Assembly: GCA_964549685.1 (NCBI GenBank)
Contig: CAZJVE010000014.1
Coordinates: forward strand, 1 to 31,854
Length of the DNA stretch: 31,854 nucleotides
Reading direction: 5' to 3'
From: an uncultured archaeon
GTDB taxonomy: Archaea; Altiarchaeota; Altiarchaeia; IMC4; QMZM01
This document shows, piece after piece, positions 17,927-26,867 of the stretch. The notes below the pieces were generated by a model. It had not been told where the DNA came from and did not search any database. It saw only the letters and a program-made list of their open reading frames with translations. The position numbers and the translations under genes were made by a program. Every line of letters starts with the position of its first letter. Positions within the stretch are counted from its first letter, which is position 1.

Positions 17927-17997
17927 CGTCATGAGTAAAAGCGAATAGTATTTAAAGAGTCATGACTAAATCATAATACAAATTTGGAGTCATGACT
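17927..17997. repeat. Array of palindromic boxes (AGTCATGACT x2 perfect, CGTCATGAGT x1) at 30-31 bp spacing around a TATA box
   Basis: Copies at 17927-17936, 17958-17967 and 17988-17997, with TATTTAAA at 17949-17956. A related TGTCGCGACT lies at 17884-17893. Confidence 0.75.
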
Positions 17998-18014
17998 AGT
18001 TGATAACAATCACG

Positions 18015-18485
18015 ATGAAAGCCCCAACCGCTCGCACAGACGCAAACTATCAGCAGGAATTCGAGGAGCTGACTGAAGATTTATCCAGTGCTATCGATGA
18101 TATGGGTGACCCTGTCGCGATTGGAACCATGCTCTACTCGATAGCGGAGGAGAAGAAGAGCAACAATCTCATCGTCAGGGACATAAACGCCAAGTTCGAC
18201 AATATAGCCGAGAAGCTGGACAAGATATACGGGAAGCTCTCGGTCCTTGCGGAGCATGGAGTCCCTCATCAAGTCGAAAATCCCTCAGTATCAATATCCG
18301 AAAGGGATGAAGAGATACTGGAATTCGTGAAATCAGAGGGTAAGGCCTGTGCCGATGACGTCCAGAGTAAATTTGAATACAAGGGTAGGAACGCTGCATC
18401 GGCAAGACTCAGCAGACTGTTCAAGGACAACCTGCTTGAGAAGGTCTACCATGGCAGGAAGGTCTACTACGTGGCCAAATCCTGA
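18015..18485 (+). CDS. Uncharacterised coiled-coil plus C-terminal winged-helix (LexA-DBD-like) DNA-binding protein
   Basis: Heptad segment VRDINAKFDNIAEKLDKIYGKLSVL. The C-terminus ISERDEEILEFVKSEG...FEYKGRNAASARLSRLFKDNLLEKVYHGRKVYY has a wHTH pattern. ATG 18015, or alternatively TTG 18000. Confidence 0.72.
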   Translation: MKAPTARTDANYQQEFEELTEDLSSAIDDMGDPVAIGTMLYSIAEEKKSNNLIVRDINAKFDNIAEKLDKIYGKLSVLAEHGVPHQVENPSVSISERDEEILEFVKSEGKACADDVQSKFEYKGRNAASARLSRLFKDNLLEKVYHGRKVYYVAKS

Positions 18486-18508
18486 CTAAATCACGCTGGC
18501 AAATTCAG

Positions 18509-18561
18509 CCAACCACCTCCGAAAACCAACCACCTCCGCCCCTAACGAAGGTTAGGGGCGG
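18509..18561 (+). other. Tandem 13-mer CCAACCACCTCCG followed by a perfect 11-bp hairpin (candidate structured RNA or terminator)
   Basis: Copies at 18509-18521 and 18526-18538. Stem CCGCCCCTAAC (18536-18546), loop GAAG, GTTAGGGGCGG (18551-18561). Confidence 0.6.
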
Positions 18562-18611
18562 TAATTCTCATTCTGAAGATGTTTTTTAATAGAGACAGCA
18601 TAAATTCTATT

Positions 18612-19898
18612 ATGCATGATTCAAAAGGCCAGAGTTCCACGGAGTATCTGATGAACTATGGCTGGCTTATAGTTTTAGTAGTAGTTATAGGTGTGTCTCT
18701 CTGGTATCTCGGGATATTCGACGTAGGGAGTGGTGTTGCTTCATACGAAGGATTCGCGAGGATTCAGCCGCTCGTGGAGAGCATCATCTTTACAACTGAT
18801 GGAGATTTTGCTGCGAAGTTTGTTAACGGGGCCGGAAACATGATAACTGTCAATAATATAACGGTAGTCAACCACGATGGGACGGAATGTTTTTGTACGA
18901 TAAACGGCACCAATATAATCAGGGCTGGGAAGGCATTCAACATGGGCGGCACGGCCTGTTCCAACACCAATCATAGCGAAGGACGCCCGTTCCTGATACA
19001 CCTGACCATAAACTATACAATGAGCATGCCGGGCATGGACGTGGAGAAGGTCGAAAACGGCACTATAAGGGGCGTATATGGTGGTGCTATTGGCGATGTA
19101 ATCCCCGCCGACACAGACATCCAGGGATGTCTCGGGGTAGGTGGCTACTGGTTAGGCAACCAGTACTGTGAAGGAGGGGATGACTGTGCGCAAAAGCCGA
19201 AGTGCTGTGGTGATGATCCAGCGGAGTATTACAAGAGCTCGTGGGACACGGTCTGTTGCGCGCAGGAGTCATCATGCGGCTCGTTCATGCCCTCGCACTA
19301 CTGCTGGAGCGAAGGGACCACGGGCACTACGGGGGGTCAGAGCAACATATACATATGCGACGAGGGTGATTGGCTCGAGTGTCCTTCAGCCGGAGAATGT
19401 AATATAGAGCAGAGCTACATATGCACGCAGCATTCAGGGACCTGGCTGTGGAGAGCGAGCCCGGCCAATGACGACCCGGACAGGTGCAGTGGGAATACCG
19501 ATGGATGGCACTACTGCAGCGTTGATACTGCACAGAATCGGAATTATTACTGTTCCGGTGAGTCGTGTACCTACAGCGTTGCAGGGTCAGATAACTGTGA
19601 CGGTTATGATGGATGGGTATGCAACGGTAACACAGATGAGTACCATGATTATTACTGTTCGGGGGGATCATGTCCGGATGACGTTACAGCTTCAGACGAC
19701 TGCTCTGACTGCAGCTGCAGCTGCGGCAATTATAACCAGGCAGAAGGAAGTTATTGCGCTGATGGCAAGGACAACGACTGTGATGGTTGCATTGATGGAA
19801 TTGACAGTAATTGTGGTGGGACAGAAGCAAACTGTTCTGATGGACTAGATAACGACTGTGATGGAGATATAGACGGTGCAGATAGTGATTGCCCATAG
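18612..19898 (+). CDS. Class III signal-peptide (type IV pilin-like) protein with a long Cys/Asp-rich extracellular tail
   Basis: KGQSSTEYLMNYGWLIVLVVVIGV prepilin motif and about 35 Cys. Two DGxDNDCDGxxDxxDxxC motifs at the C-terminus. ATG 18612 preferred, 18579 possible. Confidence 0.8.
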   Translation: MHDSKGQSSTEYLMNYGWLIVLVVVIGVSLWYLGIFDVGSGVASYEGFARIQPLVESIIFTTDGDFAAKFVNGAGNMITVNNITVVNHDGTECFCTINGTNIIRAGKAFNMGGTACSNTNHSEGRPFLIHLTINYTMSMPGMDVEKVENGTIRGVYGGAIGDVIPADTDIQGCLGVGGYWLGNQYCEGGDDCAQKPKCCGDDPAEYYKSSWDTVCCAQESSCGSFMPSHYCWSEGTTGTTGGQSNIYICDEGDWLECPSAGECNIEQSYICTQHSGTWLWRASPANDDPDRCSGNTDGWHYCSVDTAQNRNYYCSGESCTYSVAGSDNCDGYDGWVCNGNTDEYHDYYCSGGSCPDDVTASDDCSDCSCSCGNYNQAEGSYCADGKDNDCDGCIDGIDSNCGGTEANCSDGLDNDCDGDIDGADSDCP

Positions 19899-19901
19899 AG
19901 A

Positions 19902-21053
19902 TTATTCCAGAATCTCATCCACGAACCAGTTAGCGTCAAATTCCTTCAGGTCGTCATAGGTCTGGCCCATTCCAACGAGGATTATCGGCTTCTTTGTCTC
20001 ATGCACTATAGAGAGGGCAGAACCTCCTTTTGCGTCGGAGTCCATCTTGGTTAGAATTACTGCGTCTATTCCGACTCCCTTGTTGAATTCCCTGGCCTGC
20101 TCGACTGCATCGTTGCCGGTAAGGGCATCTCCAACAAATATTTTTAGGTCGGGGTTGTTGACCCTGCAGACCTTCTTCATCTCGTCCATGAGGTTTATGT
20201 TGGTGTGCATCCTTCCCGCTGTATCTGCCATAACCGCGTCGATGTTCTTTGCCTTTGCATGCTCGATTGCGTCGTAGATTACGGCAGCAGAGTCAGCGCC
20301 TTTGCTGTGCTTTATGACCTTTACGCCCAGATTATGGGCATGTTTCTCAAGCTGCTCTATCGCCCCGGCCCTGAATGTGTCTCCAGCCGCAAAGATTACA
20401 GAGAGGTCATTATCCATAAGGTACTTTGCAGCCTTGGCCATGGTCGTCGTCTTTCCAGTGCCATTGACGCCAAGGAAGAGAATCTTTACAGGCTTTGGGG
20501 AATTTTGAATGAGTTCTAAAAATTTTATTTCCTTTTCAGGAGTGAGAATATCAATCAGTGTTTCCTTAAGGGAATTCTTTATGAATTCATCGAGTTTATT
20601 TTTCTCTATCTCCTTGCTCGTCAGCTTCTGCCTCAGTTCGTTGAGAATCTTTTCGGCTGTTTCGACAGCAACGTCGCTCTGGATAAGGCCCAGCTGCAAT
20701 TGCCATAGAATGCCTTCCAGATCCTTCTCCGAGAGCCGAACCTTTCTGCTGAGTGCGCTCTTTACCTGAGTAACCTTGCTTACAGTCAGCTTCTTTTCGG
20801 TAGGTTCCTGTTTGGGCTGCTGTTCGGTAGGCTCCTGTTCGGGCTGTTCGGTAGGTTGCTGTTCGGAGTGTTCGATTGGTTGCTGTTTGGGCCGTTCAGT
20901 AGGTTCCTGTTTGGGCTGCTGTTCGGTAGGCTCCTGTTCGGGCTGTTCCTCAGTCAGCTTCTCCTCGGCCTGCTGTTCAGCCAGCTTCTTCTCGGCCTGC
21001 TCCTCGGCATTGCCTATAAAAGAATTGAGTCTCTTCCTGATTGATTGGAACAT
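19902..21053 (-). CDS. ftsY: SRP receptor FtsY
   Basis: GVNGTGKTTT, GDTFRAGAIEQL, DTAGRM and TKMDSDAKGG, with an acidic repetitive N-terminus. Confidence 0.97.
   Translation of the reverse strand: MFQSIRKRLNSFIGNAEEQAEKKLAEQQAEEKLTEEQPEQEPTEQQPKQEPTERPKQQPIEHSEQQPTEQPEQEPTEQQPKQEPTEKKLTVSKVTQVKSALSRKVRLSEKDLEGILWQLQLGLIQSDVAVETAEKILNELRQKLTSKEIEKNKLDEFIKNSLKETLIDILTPEKEIKFLELIQNSPKPVKILFLGVNGTGKTTTMAKAAKYLMDNDLSVIFAAGDTFRAGAIEQLEKHAHNLGVKVIKHSKGADSAAVIYDAIEHAKAKNIDAVMADTAGRMHTNINLMDEMKKVCRVNNPDLKIFVGDALTGNDAVEQAREFNKGVGIDAVILTKMDSDAKGGSALSIVHETKKPIILVGMGQTYDDLKEFDANWFVDEILE
20800..20948. repeat. Exact 50-bp direct repeat within the ftsY acidic region
   Basis: 20800-20849 equals 20899-20948 (99-bp period) and encodes EQPEQEPTEQQPKQEPT. 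Confidence 0.85.
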
Positions 21054-21054
21054 T

Positions 21055-21492
21055 TTAGCCTTTCTGTTCGCCTGCCTGAATCTCCCGGATAATCCCCTCT
21101 GATTTTGAGTTGAGCTCCATCAGTTTTTTATTCGCTTCCGTTGCACCGTTCCTCATCTTTTCCATGGCGCCTTGCATGTCCTTCTGTCTCTTATCCAGAA
21201 TCTTTTTGGCCTCGCTTACCTTCTTCTCAACGGAGATTCCGGCCCCTATTCCGATAATCACGCTCTCTTTGTCCTTTATCTCTCCCTTGATGAAAGAGCC
21301 CGAGCCTATCGGGACAAGAATTTCGTCTCCTTTATTTGCCTCCTTGAGGGAGTCGAGAGCCTTTATCGCAGCCTCTGTCTCGGCCATCGCAGCCTCTAAG
21401 ACCTGTATCTGGGCTGAGATGCCCTCCAGCTGCCGTCTATAGTTTTCCGCCTCAAGGTACATCCTCTGCAGTTCCTCTCTTTGTGGTTCCAT
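21055..21492 (-). CDS. pfdA: Prefoldin alpha subunit
   Basis: Coiled coils flanking EILVPIGSGSFI and VIIGIGAGISVEK; canonical position upstream of ftsY. Confidence 0.95.
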   Translation of the reverse strand: MEPQREELQRMYLEAENYRRQLEGISAQIQVLEAAMAETEAAIKALDSLKEANKGDEILVPIGSGSFIKGEIKDKESVIIGIGAGISVEKKVSEAKKILDKRQKDMQGAMEKMRNGATEANKKLMELNSKSEGIIREIQAGEQKG

Positions 21493-21498
21493 CTTCTT

Positions 21499-22158
21499 TT
21501 ATCTCTCCATGACCTCTGTGCCTTCACCTTTACCTATTATCACAAGCTCCGGCCTTCTTTTAGCGAAGATTCCGTTGTCTATTACGCCTGGAATAGAGTT
21601 CAGCCTGGATTCCAGTTCCAGGGCGTCTGGTATCTCAATTTTGGTATCAATGATTAAATTTCCCATGTCAGTCGTGAAATTCTCCCTTAGCTCTGGTTTT
21701 CCTCCAATCTCTAAAAGTTTCTGCTCGACCTGCTCCCTAGAGTGGGGCAGGACCTCTATTGGAACGTGCCAGTCAAGGCTGTCAACGAGCTTGGTTGAAT
21801 CGGCGATTACTATAAACCTCTTTGATGCGGTCGCGACTTTCTTCTCCAGGGTGTGTGCTCCTCCGCCCCCCTTGATGAGGTTGAATTCGCCGTCTATCTG
21901 GTCGGCTCCGTCGACGTCAAGGTCGGGCTGGTGCTGCTCCAGGGTCGAGAGTTCTATTCCCCGTCTGGCTGCAAGTTCTTCCGTTCTGGTGGAGGTAGGG
22001 ACCCCAACTATGCTCAGGTCCTCCTCCTTGATTTTCTCTGCAAGGAGCTCTATGAAGTAGTTGGCAGTCGAGCCTGTCCCCAGGCCCAGGACCATTCCGT
22101 CCTCGACGTATTCAATAGCCTTCGCGGCCGCGGATTTCTTTGATAGCTCTGGGTCCAT
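21499..22158 (-). CDS. rpiA: Ribose-5-phosphate isomerase A
   Basis: LGLGTGSTA, VDGADQ and NLIKGGGGAHTLEK. Confidence 0.96.
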   Translation of the reverse strand: MDPELSKKSAAAKAIEYVEDGMVLGLGTGSTANYFIELLAEKIKEEDLSIVGVPTSTRTEELAARRGIELSTLEQHQPDLDVDGADQIDGEFNLIKGGGGAHTLEKKVATASKRFIVIADSTKLVDSLDWHVPIEVLPHSREQVEQKLLEIGGKPELRENFTTDMGNLIIDTKIEIPDALELESRLNSIPGVIDNGIFAKRRPELVIIGKGEGTEVMER

Positions 22159-22159
22159 T

Positions 22160-22441
22160 TTACCTAATCTTTGATAGCTGCTTTATGATGAATTTGCCCT
22201 TGTCCCTGTCAAGGTGGATTTCGCCGGCAGACTCCATGAGGTTGATTACGTAGAGTATCGCTTCCGCCTGCTCCCTCAGCCTCCTGTCCCTGCGGGAATC
22301 CCAGAGGAACATCCTAACCTCGTGGAACCCTCTCTTCGACAGAATCTCGCCGGCCTGCGTGAGAAAGTAGGGATTGAATCTTGTTTTGTTAATCTTTGTG
22401 TCATTTGCTATGTGAGTCCAGAGCTCCTCAGAGTCAGTCAT
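22160..22441 (-). CDS. Hypothetical small helical protein (93 aa)
   Basis: Fills the gap between thrS and rpiA almost exactly, with 1-2 bp spacers on the same strand. No recognised family. Confidence 0.7.
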   Translation of the reverse strand: MTDSEELWTHIANDTKINKTRFNPYFLTQAGEILSKRGFHEVRMFLWDSRRDRRLREQAEAILYVINLMESAGEIHLDRDKGKFIIKQLSKIR

Positions 22442-22443
22442 CT

Positions 22444-24303
22444 TCAACCGACGAATTTCGCCCTCCTGGAGAGGAGTCTTGGCAATGGCAGTCTCTTGAA
22501 CGGGAAGCCCTTTACACTGTCAGCGACCTCTGCTATAATCTTGTCGATGGGTAGCTCCTTCTGCTCCCAGGTCTCTCTCACTCTCACGGAGAGTTTCCCT
22601 GATTTCTTCTCCTTTTCCCCGATTACGATGATTCTGGGTACCCATGCCTTCTCAGCCTCCCTGATTTTCTTTCCGATGGATTCGTTCCTGTCATCGATGT
22701 CCACGCGGATGTTGGTGGATTCAAATTTCTTTAATAATTCTTCAGCGAATGAATTGAATTCCTCCGAGACGGGGAGAATTCTGACCTGGGTTGGAGAGAG
22801 CCAGATGGGGAGCATTGGCTTCTTGCCTTGCTCCTGGTCGAGAAATGCCTTCTCAAGCAATGCATAGACGTTGCGGTCTATGCTTCCCGAGATGCTGGCA
22901 TGGAGCATAAGGGGGTGGTTCTTGCCACCTTTCTCGTCTATGTAGCTTATGTCGAAGCGCTCGGTGTTCTCGATGTCTATCTGCACCGTGGAGAGGGCCG
23001 ATGCTTTGTCAAGGGCATCGACGAAGTTAAACTCGAACTTCATGACAAAGTAGAAGGGCCTTGAGTCCCACATCTCGACGAGGGCTGGTTTGCCTACGAG
23101 CTTTACGAGTTCCTTTGCGAATTCCTTGTTCTTGTCATAGAACTCCTTGACAAAGCGGATTCCCACCTCATAATCAAGCTCGAGGTCCTTCATCCAGTCC
23201 AGTGACAGCTTGTACTGGTTGAGGAACTCCTCCTTTGCCTGCTCCGTGTCCTTGGCTAGGGTATGCATATCCGGCATGGTGAAGGCCCTGAGTCTTCTCA
23301 GGCCGGTTAACTCGCCGCTCTGCTCGTAGCGGAAGCTGTAGTGCGAGAGCTCGTATAGCTTGAGGGGGAGATTCCTGTAGGAGATGAGCATGTCGTGCTT
23401 CATCAGATACTGGCCGAAACAGGCAGCGAACCTCAGGAAGAATTCCCGGTCCTCCGTATTCAGTTTGTATTGTCTTGCAGGGAATCTGTTCAGGTACTTG
23501 GAGAGCTGAGGGTGGGCGTAGTCGTACATGATTGGAGTTTCGACCTGCATCCCGCCGCTGTCAGCAACGATATTGCTCACATGCTCCTCAAGAAGCCTCT
23601 TTATGAACGAGCCCTTGGGATACCATCTCATGTTGCCTGCATCGGAGCCCGGCTCGTAGTCTGCTATCTCGTGGCTTCTCATCAGTTTTATGTGAGGTGG
23701 CTCTCTTTCAGCGGCTCTTGTGCCGGAGATTTCATAGTCGGAGAATTTCTTGAGATTGCTGTGTTTGTCGAAGTTGAATTTTTTCACAGGAGTGAGATTC
23801 CCTTTCAAGTCGAGAATGAAGAATTCCGACTTTAATTTCTTCTCCGCCTTCAGGGCCTCGGACTCTCCCTTGTCCTCCTTCGCTCCCTCGGGCAGGATGG
23901 TCCTCGACAGCTCGGAGAGGGGGTGGCCCTTGCATTTAAGCTCGAAGCTCTTGTACCAGCCGAAGGGCGCGTTTATCGTCGGGATGTCGTCCTTCAGCCC
24001 CTTGTAGGTATTCTCGAGGACTTTCTTTGCCACGGACAGGGAGCTGAGCGAGCTGGAGAGATGGGCATATGGATAGACCGCCACGGTTTCTGCCTTGACC
24101 TTGGCTACCGTGTCCTTTATATCCGCCACAAGCTGCTTTACGACGGAGTTGGGGTTCCCCTCGTCCTCCTTTTCAACAGCAATGAATGCAACGAGGACGT
24201 TCTTTGCCTCCCCTTCCGGCTTTTCTGGCTTCTCCGCTCCCTTGATTGCGGGCTTCTTGGCCTCGAACTTCAGGTAGTCGGAATGTATCAGCAAAACGCG
24301 CAT
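22444..24303 (-). CDS. thrS: Threonyl-tRNA synthetase, archaeal type with N-terminal editing domain
   Basis: MRVLLIHSDY, YPYAHLS, PFGWYKSFELKCKGHPLSELSR, RFAACFG and RLRAFTMPDMH. ATG at 24303. Confidence 0.97.
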   Translation of the reverse strand: MRVLLIHSDYLKFEAKKPAIKGAEKPEKPEGEAKNVLVAFIAVEKEDEGNPNSVVKQLVADIKDTVAKVKAETVAVYPYAHLSSSLSSLSVAKKVLENTYKGLKDDIPTINAPFGWYKSFELKCKGHPLSELSRTILPEGAKEDKGESEALKAEKKLKSEFFILDLKGNLTPVKKFNFDKHSNLKKFSDYEISGTRAAEREPPHIKLMRSHEIADYEPGSDAGNMRWYPKGSFIKRLLEEHVSNIVADSGGMQVETPIMYDYAHPQLSKYLNRFPARQYKLNTEDREFFLRFAACFGQYLMKHDMLISYRNLPLKLYELSHYSFRYEQSGELTGLRRLRAFTMPDMHTLAKDTEQAKEEFLNQYKLSLDWMKDLELDYEVGIRFVKEFYDKNKEFAKELVKLVGKPALVEMWDSRPFYFVMKFEFNFVDALDKASALSTVQIDIENTERFDISYIDEKGGKNHPLMLHASISGSIDRNVYALLEKAFLDQEQGKKPMLPIWLSPTQVRILPVSEEFNSFAEELLKKFESTNIRVDIDDRNESIGKKIREAEKAWVPRIIVIGEKEKKSGKLSVRVRETWEQKELPIDKIIAEVADSVKGFPFKRLPLPRLLSRRAKFVG

Positions 24304-24357
24304 TTTGGATAGTAAGGAATTAGATGCAGTAAATAAATCAGGATATAAAATTATTAA

Positions 24358-25506
<1,149 letters not shown>

Positions 25507-25507
25507 A

Positions 25508-26233
25508 ATGACCACGAAAATAGAGATTAAAGGAAAGCTGCCAAAGAACCCGGTAGTTATGGAGGGCTTTCCATCGATGGGTTTTGTAAGCACCATAGCA
25601 ACGAGGTATATGATAGACGAGCTCAAGATGGAGGAGATAGGTTGTATCAAGTCAGACAGGGTGAAGAGCATCGTTGTTGTCCACGATTCCAAGCCGATGT
25701 ATCCAATAAGGATATACAGTAAGGACAACCTGGTCCTGGTATTCTCCGAGGTAAGCGTACCAATCCCCCACATAGGTGAATTCTCGTCCGTTTTCAGCAA
25801 GTGGTTCAAGGAGATAAACCCGGAAAAGGTAATCCTTCTTGCAGGAATCAGCGGTAAGGGAACCAACAAGGAGCACGAGATATTCGGAATAGCGAGCAAT
25901 GGAGAGCTTGAGAAAGAGCTGAAGAAGTTAGACGTCTCAAAGATTGAGGAGGGGATACTGACAGGAATCTCATCCGAACTGCTCCTGGACTGCATAGAGA
26001 GTAAGATACCAGTCATAAGCCTGATGGCGGAAACCCGCTATATTCCCGATCCGCTGGGGGCCGCGTCAATGATTAAGATACTCAACGGCCTGCTGGGTTT
26101 GAACGTAGACACAAAGAACCTCAGCGAAAAGGGTAAGGAGATTGAGGAGAAGTTCAAGGAGATTGCAGAACAGCTGAAGAAGGGTAAGGAGGACCACAAG
26201 GGTGTTGGGGAGTATTCCCCTATGTATGGTTAG
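25508..26233 (+). CDS. PAC2-family proteasome assembly chaperone (PbaA/PbaB-like)
   Basis: EGFPSMGFVSTIA and PDPLGAA motifs; C-terminal MYG (HbYX-like). Confidence 0.9.
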   Translation: MTTKIEIKGKLPKNPVVMEGFPSMGFVSTIATRYMIDELKMEEIGCIKSDRVKSIVVVHDSKPMYPIRIYSKDNLVLVFSEVSVPIPHIGEFSSVFSKWFKEINPEKVILLAGISGKGTNKEHEIFGIASNGELEKELKKLDVSKIEEGILTGISSELLLDCIESKIPVISLMAETRYIPDPLGAASMIKILNGLLGLNVDTKNLSEKGKEIEEKFKEIAEQLKKGKEDHKGVGEYSPMYG

Positions 26234-26234
26234 A

Positions 26235-26867
26235 ATGGGAATAAAATTAATCGCCTTTGACCTTGACGGCGTTCTGATTGACGGCTGCGGCTCCTGGAGA
26301 GAGGTGCACAGGGGGTTAGGCACTACGGAGCGGGCCAAAAAGCATGCGGATGAATACCGTGAAGGGAAGATTAACTTCGATGAATGGGCCAGGAAGGACG
26401 CCAGCCTATGGCAAGGAGTAGAAATTAACAGAATCAGGGAGATTCTCTACAAAGTTGAATTAATGCCCGGCATAGAAAAAACTATTCCGAGGCTGAACGG
26501 AAGATACAGAATAGGTATCATCAGCGGTGGGCTCCAGATTATGGCCGACAGGATAAAGGACAGATTCAAGATGGGCTATGCGGTAGGGAATTCCCTCCTC
26601 GTAAACCAGGGCAAGGTGTGTGGAGTGGACCAGGTAGTGGATTTCCATGGGAAGGGGAAGGTCCTGAAGGCGGTTGCAAAGGATAATGGCGTTGCTCTCG
26701 ATGAGTGCGCAGTCGTCGGGGATTTCATCAATGACATTCCCATGTTTGAGATTGCCGGCTTCAGGATAGCGTTCAACCCAAAGAGTGATGAGGTTGTGGA
26801 GATGGCAGACGAGGTCATATATGAAAAAGATTTAACGAAGATACTGCCGTTTTTTGAGGTGATATGA
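26235..26867 (+). CDS. HAD-IB hydrolase, phosphoserine-phosphatase-like
   Basis: AFDLDGVL, IISGG, K motif and VGDFINDIPM...IAFNP. ATG at 26235. Confidence 0.82.
   Translation: MGIKLIAFDLDGVLIDGCGSWREVHRGLGTTERAKKHADEYREGKINFDEWARKDASLWQGVEINRIREILYKVELMPGIEKTIPRLNGRYRIGIISGGLQIMADRIKDRFKMGYAVGNSLLVNQGKVCGVDQVVDFHGKGKVLKAVAKDNGVALDECAVVGDFINDIPMFEIAGFRIAFNPKSDEVVEMADEVIYEKDLTKILPFFEVI

Noticed and set aside
17927-17997. Possible mini-CRISPR array
   Set aside because: Repeats are only 10-12 bp with ~18-20 bp spacers and there are no cas genes. They fit protein-binding sites better.
17955-17997. Resemblance of GAGTCAT to the eukaryotic AP-1/GCN4 site, next to a zipper-like protein
   Set aside because: The protein has no basic region before the coiled coil and has a wHTH instead, so the similarity is probably coincidental.
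18598-18615. GCATAA-N6-TTATGC inverted repeat at the pilin start, sharing half-sites with the 4184 operator
   Set aside because: The arms are only 6 bp with opposite orientation and different spacing, which is compatible with chance.
19400-19898. Cys-rich pilin tail as a diversity-generating retroelement target
   Set aside because: No reverse transcriptase and no template/variable repeat pair differing at adenines is visible in the window.
20776-21102. Cys-rich repetitive ORF on the plus strand
   Set aside because: It is the reverse-complement reading of the ftsY Glu/Gln/Pro repeat.
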